Positions 28,369 through 36,780 of a stretch of 64,000 bases of DNA are shown here, piece by piece. Numbering within the stretch: position 1 is the stretch's first letter; every line of letters begins with the position of its first letter. Under the pieces are notes generated by a model. The model made no database searches. It was not told the origin of the DNA and saw only the letters and a list, made by a program, of their open reading frames with translations. The DNA comes from Ignavibacteria bacterium (GTDB lineage: Bacteria; Bacteroidota; Ignavibacteria; Tepidaquicellales; OLB5). Where the stretch lies: assembly GCA_030835085.1 (NCBI GenBank), contig JAUQWQ010000158.1, positions 1,125-65,124 on the forward strand. Reading direction: 5' to 3'. A program made the translations under genes and the position numbers.

Positions 28369-29151
28369 TTGCAGGATATGGGCAGACTTTTTGATTGGTT
28401 TATAAATAGAATTGAGTTCTTTTTCCAGGAAGTAGGCAGTATCTCTATATTAACGTGGGGTATTATTATAAGTTTTCCGCGTGTTTTCAGAGATAGAAAG
28501 CTGATACTTGACCAAATGGAGCATATTGGGGTTGGTTCAATCCCGCTTGTTATTATAATCGGATTCTTTACCGGTGCTGTTTCAGCCTGGCAGGCTGCTT
28601 ACCAATTCCAGGGATTCATTTCTTTATCTTATCTAGGCTCAGCAGTAACAAAAGCTATTTTTATAGAACTTGGGCCGGTACTTACAGCTATTGTACTTGC
28701 AGGAAGAATAGGCGCATCAATTGCTGCTGAACTTGGGACTATGAAAGTTACTGAGCAAATAGATGCTCTTGAATCTCTGGCTATAAATCCTGTAAGATAC
28801 CTTGTGATGCCAAGATTTCTTGCAAGCATTTTAATGCTGCCAATACTTACTATCATTGCAAACGCTATAGCTATTCTTGGAGCTTTCGGAGTTTCCTATT
28901 TTTTTATGGATGTATCTTTCCAGGTTTTTTTCACAAGTGCAAAAAGAGTTTTTGAATTCAAGGATATTTTAGGCGGGCTCATAAAAGCTTTTTTCTTCGG
29001 TGCATCGATTTCAATTCTTGGCTGTCATGTTGGTCTGAATGCAAAAGGCGGTGCATTAGGAGTTGGTAATGCAACTATCAGAGCATTTGTACTTGCCGCC
29101 TCAATGACACTGATACTTGATTATATTCTCTGGACAACAATTTTCGGTTAA
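28369..29151 (+). CDS. mlaE: MlaE-family ABC transporter permease (phospholipid/lipid asymmetry)
   Basis: GPVLTAIVLAGRIGASIAAELGTMKVTEQIDALESLAINPVRYLVMPRFLA is the MlaE/Ttg2B hallmark block. Start is TTG 28369 or ATG 28378. Confidence 0.85.
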   Translation: MQDMGRLFDWFINRIEFFFQEVGSISILTWGIIISFPRVFRDRKLILDQMEHIGVGSIPLVIIIGFFTGAVSAWQAAYQFQGFISLSYLGSAVTKAIFIELGPVLTAIVLAGRIGASIAAELGTMKVTEQIDALESLAINPVRYLVMPRFLASILMLPILTIIANAIAILGAFGVSYFFMDVSFQVFFTSAKRVFEFKDILGGLIKAFFFGASISILGCHVGLNAKGGALGVGNATIRAFVLAASMTLILDYILWTTIFG

Positions 29152-29181
29152 TACAACTAATAAATCAAAATTTTATTTAAC

Positions 29182-29219
29182 AAAAAAAATCCGTTCAGGA
29201 CATTTGAACGGATTTTTTA
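29182..29219. terminator. bidirectional terminator between convergent mlaE and acyl-CoA dehydrogenase genes
   Basis: A7-ATCCGTTCA-GGACATT-TGAACGGAT-T6. Confidence 0.8.
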
Positions 29220-29283
29220 TTTTCTTCCTTAAATATCAATCAGAATAATGTGGCTTTTTGATATTTGTTATTTGATATTTGCC

Positions 29284-30429
29284 TTAGTACATTTCAACAA
29301 GTGCTCTTGCCATGATCATCTTCTGGACTTCACTTGTACCTTCACCAATAGTTGTTAGTTTTACATCACGGTATAATTTTTCAACAGGGAATTCTTTAAT
29401 AAACCCGTATCCGCCGTGTATCTGTATTGCTTCGTTGGTTGCTTTGGTAGCAATTTCGCTGGCATAATATTTTGCAAGTGAAGCTGCGAATTTGAAGTCC
29501 TTTCCTTCATCTCTCATAACAGCAGCTTTGTAAGTCAGCAGCCTTGCCGCTTCAACTTCGGTTGCCATATCAGCAATCTTGAACTGTATTCCCTGGAACT
29601 CAGCAAGTGATTTGCCGAACTGCTTCCGCTGTTTGGCGTATTTTACCGAATGATCAAGCGCTGCCTGAGCAATCCCTACTGATAATGCTGCGATTGAAAT
29701 CCTTCCGCCGTCAAGTATCTGCATACACTGCTTAAACCCTTCGCCTTCTTTACCTATCAGATTCTCAACCGGTACTTTGCAGTTATCAAAGATAAGCTCA
29801 CAAGTATCGCTTGAGCGCATACCAAGCTTGTTCTCTTTTTTGCCCACGCTGAATCCTTCAAATCCCTTTTCAACAATAAAAGCCGATATGCCGCGTGAAC
29901 CCTTTGATTTATCAGTAATTGCCGTAACAACAGCTGTCTGGCCAACTCCGCCCTGTGTAATAAAACTTTTGCTGCCATTGAGTATGTAATAATTTCCTTC
30001 TTTCACAGCTGTTGTTGCCATTCCTGCAGCATCGCTTCCTGATACATTTTCAGTCAATCCCCACGCACCAAGCTTTCTGCCTGAGGCAAGATCCGGAACA
30101 TATTTTTTCTTCAGTTCATCATTCGAGAAAGTATATATATGATTTGTGCATAAACCGTTATGTGATGCCACGGTAAGCCCCATTGAAGGATCAGCCTTTG
30201 ATATCTCTTCCACAATAATAGCGTAATCTAAAATAGTAAGGTTTGAACCTTCATACTCTTCGGGGAACATGATACCTAAGAATCCCATTTCTCCAAGCTC
30301 TTTTGCAATTTCCCACGGAAATTCGGAAAACTCATCGTATTTCATTACATCAGGCGCAATCCTGTTCTGTGCAAAATCTCTTGCCAGTTTTTGTATCTCT
30401 AAGTTACTTTCCGATAAATTAAAATTCAT
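29284..30429 (-). CDS. acyl-CoA dehydrogenase (short/branched-chain type)
   Basis: 381 aa with GLTENVSGSDAAGM, the C-terminal YRDVKLTTIGEGTSEVQKMIMAR motif and full ACAD three-domain length. Confidence 0.9.
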   Translation of the reverse strand: MNFNLSESNLEIQKLARDFAQNRIAPDVMKYDEFSEFPWEIAKELGEMGFLGIMFPEEYEGSNLTILDYAIIVEEISKADPSMGLTVASHNGLCTNHIYTFSNDELKKKYVPDLASGRKLGAWGLTENVSGSDAAGMATTAVKEGNYYILNGSKSFITQGGVGQTAVVTAITDKSKGSRGISAFIVEKGFEGFSVGKKENKLGMRSSDTCELIFDNCKVPVENLIGKEGEGFKQCMQILDGGRISIAALSVGIAQAALDHSVKYAKQRKQFGKSLAEFQGIQFKIADMATEVEAARLLTYKAAVMRDEGKDFKFAASLAKYYASEIATKATNEAIQIHGGYGFIKEFPVEKLYRDVKLTTIGEGTSEVQKMIMARALVEMY

Positions 30430-30459
30430 GCTGTATAATATTTAAGTTATTAATTTTTA

Positions 30460-31392
30460 TTACAGAAAAAGCTCATCAACAAAATCATAAGGTGTAATTT
30501 CACGTTCGGATATTTTTGAAATTCTTTTTTCGAGCAGTTCTTTTTTATCCTCAGTCCAGAATTTATTTTCCAGTTTATTATTAACAAGTTCGTTGATCTG
30601 CTTTAAAAGATTTTCTCTTCTTTTTTTTGCAAGCTTGCCTTTGGTTTCCAGGTACTCTTTATGTCTAACAATAAAATCATAAAGTTCATCAATTCCTTTG
30701 TTCTTTGATGCAACGGTTTTTATAACAGGCACTTCCCTGTCACTCTCTCTTGTCATTTTGAGATGCAGCATTGTTCTGAGTGCTACACCTAGTGTTTCTG
30801 AACCTTCTCTATCCGATTTATTGATAACAAATATATCGCCAATTTCCATAAGACCGGCCTTCATTGTCTGTACTGCATCACCTGACTCTGGCACCAGTAC
30901 AACAATTGTTGTGTCAGCGGTTTGTGCTATATCAAGCTCACTTTGTCCCACGCCTACAGTTTCTATTATAATAAAATCCTTACCGCTGGCATCCAGAATT
31001 TCGCAGGCTTCTTTTGCTTTTTTTGCCAATCCGCCAAGGCTGCCGCGGGTTGCCATTGACCTGATAAATACATCTTTATCTGAACCTGATTCCTGCATTC
31101 TTATTCGATCGCCTAAAAGCGCGCCGCCTGTGAAAGGACTTGTAGGATCAACTGCGATAATACCAATTTTGTATCCTTTACCCCTCAGTACTTTTGATAG
31201 TGCATTAGTAATTGTGCTTTTTCCTGCCCCGGGTGGACCTGTAATTCCGATAAGGTAAGCTTTTCCTGTATTTTTATAAAGTAACTTAAGAAGTTCACCA
31301 GCCTGTTTTGATTCATTTTCGACCAGAGAAATCCCCCTGGCAATTGCGTTCTTTTCTGAATTAAGTATTCTCTCTGCTAAATGATCTAACAC
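30460..31392 (-). CDS. meaB: methylmalonyl-CoA mutase-associated G3E GTPase MeaB/ArgK
   Basis: GITGPPGAGKSTI P-loop, AVDPTSPFTGGALLGDRIRM, ETVGVGQSE and INKSD. GTG start. Confidence 0.88.
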   Translation of the reverse strand: MLDHLAERILNSEKNAIARGISLVENESKQAGELLKLLYKNTGKAYLIGITGPPGAGKSTITNALSKVLRGKGYKIGIIAVDPTSPFTGGALLGDRIRMQESGSDKDVFIRSMATRGSLGGLAKKAKEACEILDASGKDFIIIETVGVGQSELDIAQTADTTIVVLVPESGDAVQTMKAGLMEIGDIFVINKSDREGSETLGVALRTMLHLKMTRESDREVPVIKTVASKNKGIDELYDFIVRHKEYLETKGKLAKKRRENLLKQINELVNNKLENKFWTEDKKELLEKRISKISEREITPYDFVDELFL

Positions 31393-31407
31393 TATATTAT
31401 AAAATTA

Positions 31408-32328
31408 TCACTTCTTTTGCTTAAAAAATTCTGTTGTTATTTTTAAACCTGTTTCTATATCTGTTTCAGGCTGCCAGCCAAGCTCTGTACTTATCTTCTC
31501 AAAGCTCAAAACTGAACGCATCTGCTCACCAAGTTTGCCCGGACCGTGTTTCTCTTCAAATTTTGTGCCTGCATAATGATTAATTCTTTCAAATATATAA
31601 TTTACGTCAGTTTCACGGGTAGTTGCAACATTATATATCACGGGACCCTTAGCATCAACTGCAAGAACATTAGCATTTACAACATCCTTCACAAACACGT
31701 AATCCCGGGTCTGCTTACCATCCCCGTTAATCAATGGCTGTGTGCCGCCGAGTATCTTATCTGTGAATATTGCAATTACACCGCACTCACCATGTGGATT
31801 CTGCCTGGGACCGTAAACATTTGCATACCTTAACACAATGTAATCCAACCCATAAACAAGGTTATAATAGTACAAATACTTCTCAACGCAGTTCTTGTTG
31901 ATGCCGTACGGAGCACTTGGCCTTACAGGATGCTCTTCATCAGCAGGAAAGTAGTCATGCTCACCATATATCGCACCTCCGGTAGAGGCAAATATAAATT
32001 TCTTAACACCGTTTGCCCGTGCATTTTCCAGCAGGTTAACAGAGCCTGCTATATTCACATTTATATCAAACTTCGGATCTTCAACTGATTTCCTGAGATC
32101 TATCTGCGCTGCATGGTGATTTATGATTTCTATTTTATTTTCTTTGAATACCTGCGAAATATTGCTATCGCAAACATCCATTTTATAAAACTTAGCTTTC
32201 GGGTTGATATACTCCTTAACACCGGTTGACATATTATCAACTACTATAACATCATGCCCTTTTTCAATGTAGGCATCAACAATGTTTGAGCCAATAAAAC
32301 CTGCACCGCCGGTTACTAAAATATTCAT
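31408..32328 (-). CDS. NAD-dependent nucleotide-sugar epimerase/dehydratase (GalE-like SDR)
   Basis: ILVTGGAGFIGSN Rossmann motif and YGINK (YxxxK) catalytic motif; 306 aa. Confidence 0.85.
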   Translation of the reverse strand: MNILVTGGAGFIGSNIVDAYIEKGHDVIVVDNMSTGVKEYINPKAKFYKMDVCDSNISQVFKENKIEIINHHAAQIDLRKSVEDPKFDINVNIAGSVNLLENARANGVKKFIFASTGGAIYGEHDYFPADEEHPVRPSAPYGINKNCVEKYLYYYNLVYGLDYIVLRYANVYGPRQNPHGECGVIAIFTDKILGGTQPLINGDGKQTRDYVFVKDVVNANVLAVDAKGPVIYNVATTRETDVNYIFERINHYAGTKFEEKHGPGKLGEQMRSVLSFEKISTELGWQPETDIETGLKITTEFFKQKK

Positions 32329-32351
32329 TTAAGATTTATCCTTTATTAATT

Positions 32352-33626
32352 TTATAGACCCTTTAAGCCTATATCTGTTCTGTTATACTTATTTTCAAAA
32401 TTAATAATTTCAGCATTATGATAAGCAATGTTTATAGCTTCCTTTAAACCCAGCGGAGAAATTCCGGTAACATTCAAAACCCTGCCTCCGTTAGATAATA
32501 TTTTTCCATCAGCGGACTTTGTACCCGCATGAAAAACCACAGCATTATTGCTAATTTCATTCAAGCCTGTAATTTCCTTCCCTGTATCATACTTATCCGG
32601 ATACCCTGTAGAGGCCAGCACCACGGTACAGCAAAAATTACTGTTCAGTTTCAGTTCATACTTGCCTATGCTCCCCTTTGCCGATGCAACGAACATATCA
32701 GCAATATCGCTGTTTATCAAAGGCATTACAACCTGCGTTTCAGGGTCACCGAAACGAGTATTAAATTCAATAACATACGGGTTACCGGTTTTATCGATCA
32801 TCAGGCCGCAATATAAACATCCTTTAAACTCATTTCCTTCACTTTTCATATGTTTTAAAACCGGCTCAATGACTTTTTGCTTTATTTTATCCAAAATTTC
32901 ACGGCTAACTGCTTTATCAGCCGGCGCGTATGCGCCCATACCGCCAGTATTCTTGCCGGTTTCATCATCACCAATTTTTTTATGATCCTGCGAAGCCGGC
33001 AGTACTATATAATCCGTGCCATCACAAATCGCAAATACAGATGCTTCAACTCCTTCCAGGAATTGTTCTATGACAATGTTCTCACCTGCAGAGCCGAAGA
33101 TCTTATCATCAAACAATTCATTAACTGTCTTAATTGCCTCATCAATATTATTGCAAATTATAACACCTTTGCCTGCTGCAAGTCCATCAGCTTTTATAAC
33201 AAGCGGGTACTTAGCCTCACTGATAAAATCAAATACCTTTGCTTTATCGTTTAAGCTGAATGTTTCATATGCCGCAGTTGGGATATTATTGCGCTTCATA
33301 AAATCCTTGGCGAAGATCTTGCTGTGCTCAAGTCTTGCGGCGCTTTTTTGCGGACCGAAAATCAACAGTCCTTCTTTTGTGAACTCATCAACTATACCCT
33401 TTTCCAAAGGCACTTCGGGTCCAACTACGGTAAGCTCAATTCTATTATCTTTAACAAACTTCAGTAATCCTTCAATATCATCAGCTTTGATATCTAAACC
33501 AACCGCAATTTCATTTATGCCGGCATTGCCGGGTGCGCAGTATATTTCTGTGACTTTCGGACTCTGTTTCAGCTTCCATACTATTGCATGTTCTCTTCCC
33601 CCGGAACCTATTACAAGTACTTTCAT
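32352..33626 (-). CDS. purD: phosphoribosylamine--glycine ligase
   Basis: MKVLVIGSGGREHAIVWKL N-terminus, ATP-grasp core and EFNTRFGDPETQ; 424 aa. Confidence 0.93.
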   Translation of the reverse strand: MKVLVIGSGGREHAIVWKLKQSPKVTEIYCAPGNAGINEIAVGLDIKADDIEGLLKFVKDNRIELTVVGPEVPLEKGIVDEFTKEGLLIFGPQKSAARLEHSKIFAKDFMKRNNIPTAAYETFSLNDKAKVFDFISEAKYPLVIKADGLAAGKGVIICNNIDEAIKTVNELFDDKIFGSAGENIVIEQFLEGVEASVFAICDGTDYIVLPASQDHKKIGDDETGKNTGGMGAYAPADKAVSREILDKIKQKVIEPVLKHMKSEGNEFKGCLYCGLMIDKTGNPYVIEFNTRFGDPETQVVMPLINSDIADMFVASAKGSIGKYELKLNSNFCCTVVLASTGYPDKYDTGKEITGLNEISNNAVVFHAGTKSADGKILSNGGRVLNVTGISPLGLKEAINIAYHNAEIINFENKYNRTDIGLKGL

Positions 33627-34909
33627 TAAGCTTTCACCTCTTCCATTTTACAAAGCGCGCTGAACTCCTTAGCAAGCTTGCCTGCAAGCCGCCTGCGGTC
33701 ATACATTCCTGTTACCTGCTCATTTGGTACAGGCATGCTGCCTGCTTTAAACTTTTCGTAATAATTCAATATCGCATTTGCAATTGCCTGAGCGTCATCA
33801 GGCTCGGTCAGGATCACCGCGCCAAGCATATCAAGAGATCTGCGCGCAACGCCTTCAGGTACACATGCAAGTATGGGTTTATTTGCCCCGAAATATTCAT
33901 AGAGCTTACCGGTAGAGTGAAGGTCAGAGCGCTCGCTCTTATTTATCATCATCCACAGTACGTCTGATTCCGCCAGATACTTTGTACAGACTGAGTGCTC
34001 AACATATCCGACAATATTAACTGCTTCTTCAAGTCCCTGCTGTTTTATATATTCTCTGTACTGCTCAGGAAATGTACCGATAAAACATGCTTCTATATTG
34101 TTTTTTAACTCAGGCAATTTTTCAGAGGCAATCTTCAATCCGTCAATAAAATGTTTCGGAGTGTAGTAATTCAGAAAGCTTCCTGAATATGAGATACGCA
34201 TTTTTTTATTATTTCCGTTCAGCGTGTGATTCTCAAAATCTTCAGGATCAAAACCCTGAGGTATAACTGAGACTTTTTCATCTTTTACAAAAGGGTAACG
34301 CAAATGGATAAGCTCTTTTATCCTGTCATTTATTGTTATAACTTTATCAGCACACTCAAGTACGGCGGTTTCCATTTTTTTGTGTTTGCTCTTGTGCAGT
34401 GGAGTGGGATAAAAATTATTCGGGCAGTCTATCCATGAATCCCTGTAATCCAAAACCAAAGGTATATCAAACTTTTCTTTCAGTTCGCATGCAATTAAAA
34501 AATCAGTGTAAGGAGGCGCTGTAGCATAAAGCATATCTATATTATGTTCAGAAATAATTTTTGAAGCAAGCTCAATTGCTTTTGTTTTCCAGAATATTTT
34601 AGAATCAGGTATAAGGAAAGTCTGTGAAATATTACTTAATAATTTACGGTTAGAATCGTTTTTGAATTTAACAACTTTATGGCCATTGGTTTCTATCTCA
34701 CCTGAGCCGGTTCGGAAAATTTTCACTCCTGCTTTTTCAACTTCGTGCAGCAGGCAATAATCGCTTGCAAGGTATAGCTTTGGAGTTACAGTAAGTACAT
34801 AAGGCTGCCAGTCATACAGGTTTAAGTATTTTGCAAACTTTGCAGTCCGCTGTACACCACCCATACCCATTGGCGGAAAGTAATACGAAATTATTAATAC
34901 TTTCTTCAA
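33626..34909 (-). CDS. glycosyltransferase (GT4-like, GT-B fold)
   Basis: N-terminus (TTG)KKVLIISYYFPPMGMGGVQR, two Rossmann-like halves and C-terminal STGKLYEYFGANKPILA. Paralogous N-terminus to 40496-41857. An in-frame TAA two codons upstream forces the TTG start. Confidence 0.8.
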   Translation of the reverse strand: MKKVLIISYYFPPMGMGGVQRTAKFAKYLNLYDWQPYVLTVTPKLYLASDYCLLHEVEKAGVKIFRTGSGEIETNGHKVVKFKNDSNRKLLSNISQTFLIPDSKIFWKTKAIELASKIISEHNIDMLYATAPPYTDFLIACELKEKFDIPLVLDYRDSWIDCPNNFYPTPLHKSKHKKMETAVLECADKVITINDRIKELIHLRYPFVKDEKVSVIPQGFDPEDFENHTLNGNNKKMRISYSGSFLNYYTPKHFIDGLKIASEKLPELKNNIEACFIGTFPEQYREYIKQQGLEEAVNIVGYVEHSVCTKYLAESDVLWMMINKSERSDLHSTGKLYEYFGANKPILACVPEGVARRSLDMLGAVILTEPDDAQAIANAILNYYEKFKAGSMPVPNEQVTGMYDRRRLAGKLAKEFSALCKMEEVKA

Positions 34910-35060
34910 ATATTATCTTATTGCATGTGAAAAACACCTGCAATGGGGTTTATTTTATAAAAAAACCGCATTTTTGAGTAATTTCAAAGTTAATTAAAAT
35001 TAGGGTTTCATTCAATTTACAAAGAAATGCACTTAAATAGACTGACGGTATCTATAGATA

Positions 35061-35087
35061 AAGGCGGCCTTTTGTGGCCGCCTTTTA
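35061..35087 (+). terminator. orphan GC-rich hairpin + T-run with no upstream CDS
   Basis: AAGGCGGCC-TTTTGT-GGCCGCCTT-TT. No ORF on either strand ends nearby. Confidence 0.5.
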
Positions 35088-35786
35088 GTGAATGGCTTCC
35101 GAAGTTTGTAACCACCAGTGTTACAATGTTTCGGTCCATTCGGGGAAATTAGAAGGAAAAATATGTGTGTAATTACGGGGGATAAAATTTTATATTTTAA
35201 ATACCCGGTGAACCTTTTGAAATTTATGATCTTCCGGCTATCTGCCGGGTTCATTAATGGATACTTAGTTATCTTATTACTTCAGGATAACATCTGTATT
35301 CATATTTCGTTGTTGTAATATATGTACAGGCTCTAACCCCGCACGTATATTCCAGCTCAGCCCACCGGGGAATTATTGATTTTCCAAATCCTTCGTGAAC
35401 TTCTTTCTTAAAGAACAATTTAACTGTAAATACAAAATACAATTCGCATGCCAAAAAAAATTTCATTGCAGGAAGGAAATTTGGTCAGAATTTTATTTAT
35501 CTCACTCCGGCGTGACAAGGTTGATTGACAATTGTGTCATATGGCGCTAAGGCCTCAAAAAGTTTTTTACGAAAAAAAAATCCCAGATAAATGAAATTAA
35601 TTAATTTATGAATTTTTTTAAGAATGATATTACTTTTTTGAGAACTCAGAGTGTTTAGAGTCTGTTTCAATAATCAAACAGCAGAACCCGGAATTTAAGA
35701 CAGGATACTATTTATAAGAATTTTATACCGCTTTTAAGATAAAGCAATAAATAAACATTAACTAAAAATTCTTAAAGGATGGTAAA

Positions 35787-36149
35787 ATGAACAATTTCAT
35801 TTTTGCGGCATCGGTGCTAATCACACTATGCCTCTTCACCGCAGCTTCGAACGCCCAGATAACAACTTACAGCGTTACAAACAGTTCCGGTATGGTTGTC
35901 ACAGGCGTAAGCATTTCACCAAATGATGCAAATACATGGGGACTTAATCTGAACACTACCGGGAATGTTGCCGTGGATAAATCATTTGAATTTACGCAGC
36001 CGGTTGACAAAACAAATTGCATTTACGATATCCGCTACCAGGGCGAAGATGGTAAATACTATTATGTGCAGGATGTTGACCTGTGTAAAAGCACAACAAT
36101 TACGCTTCCGAATCCCGCCCAGGATGACAGAGGCAAAATGAATAAGTAA
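35787..36149 (+). CDS. small secreted protein, unknown function
   Basis: 120 aa. AGGA-type SD upstream (aaaggatggtaaaATG), signal peptide ending ASNAQ, two Cys, hairpin plus T-run downstream. Confidence 0.55.
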   Translation: MNNFIFAASVLITLCLFTAASNAQITTYSVTNSSGMVVTGVSISPNDANTWGLNLNTTGNVAVDKSFEFTQPVDKTNCIYDIRYQGEDGKYYYVQDVDLCKSTTITLPNPAQDDRGKMNK

Positions 36150-36257
36150 TGCAGAAGGATCATTCTAAATTCAGGCAGCCTGCCCGTGGGGGGCTGAAAT
36201 AACAAAACTGCCTGTTAAATAAAAAAAGGGGGTATTCTCTCCCCGTGATTCAATAAC

Positions 36258-36296
36258 CCCGCTTGTTTTCCCGATTGGAAATAAGCGGGTTTTTTA
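36258..36296 (+). terminator. putative terminator after small secreted protein gene
   Basis: CCCGCTT...AAGCGGG stem (18-nt loop) followed by TTTTTT. Confidence 0.5.
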
Positions 36297-36326
36297 TATG
36301 CGTGATATAATGTAAGCGATAAACAG

Positions 36327-36530
36327 TTATTTCTTTGGATCAAATATCCATGATAAATTTTCGGAGGGGTGATACAGGGGTGATGGATTATGGTAGTCGT
36401 TTTGTATGCTTGCTTTAAATTCAATTTCAACATCAGGAAGCATCGGAGTTGAATAGTAAGCACCTGTTAAACTAAAAAGCACAAAACCTAAGAAAATGAA
36501 ATGAGCGTAAAACTTTTTAATTGTTTTCAT
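36327..36530 (-). CDS. possible small membrane/secreted protein (67 aa)
   Basis: ATG start and hydrophobic N-terminus. No SD and no recognisable motif. Overlaps an alternative 82-aa ORF. Weak call. Confidence 0.3.
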   Translation of the reverse strand: MKTIKKFYAHFIFLGFVLFSLTGAYYSTPMLPDVEIEFKASIQNDYHNPSPLYHPSENLSWIFDPKK

Positions 36531-36651
36531 AGAACCTGACTGTTTGGTTATTCAAATATAATTCAGCAGATAAATGAAAACAAGAAGTAGAACTACTCAA
36601 AATGAACATCAGGAGGCCTACCTGTGAAAAGGTCGAGAAAACAAAACCGTA

Positions 36652-36689
36652 CATAAAATTTAAAAGAGACGACCCACCGGGTCGTCTCT
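36652..36689 (-). terminator. rho-independent terminator after glyQS
   Basis: 11-bp stem AGAGACGACCC/GGGTCGTCTCT followed on the minus strand by TTTTAAATTTT. Confidence 0.8.
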
Positions 36690-36780
36690 ACAGTTATCTT
36701 AATTTATTCAACACTACTCAGTTCAGTAACTTCAAATGTGAAGATATCTTGTCCGTTTATCAACTTTCCTACACAACAAC

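Noticed and set aside
33016-33663. Long ORFs antisense to real genes: 33016-33663 (+), 32548-32985 (+), 30698-31258 (+), 8970-9452 (+), 812-1399 (-), 58116-58715 (+), 40535-40903 (-).
   Set aside because: Each lies entirely opposite a gene with strong family motifs. Their translations are low-complexity (S/L/I/F-rich) with no motifs, as is typical of shadow ORFs.
35300-35375. The minus-strand sequence GGGCTGAGCTGGAATATACGTGCGGGG resembles the 5' end of tmRNA (GGGGCTGATTCTGGATTCGAC...).
   Set aside because: There is no downstream tag-peptide reading frame ending in the usual ...AA-stop. There is no T-arm/acceptor 3' end (GGTTCGAnTCC...CCACCA) within several hundred nt.
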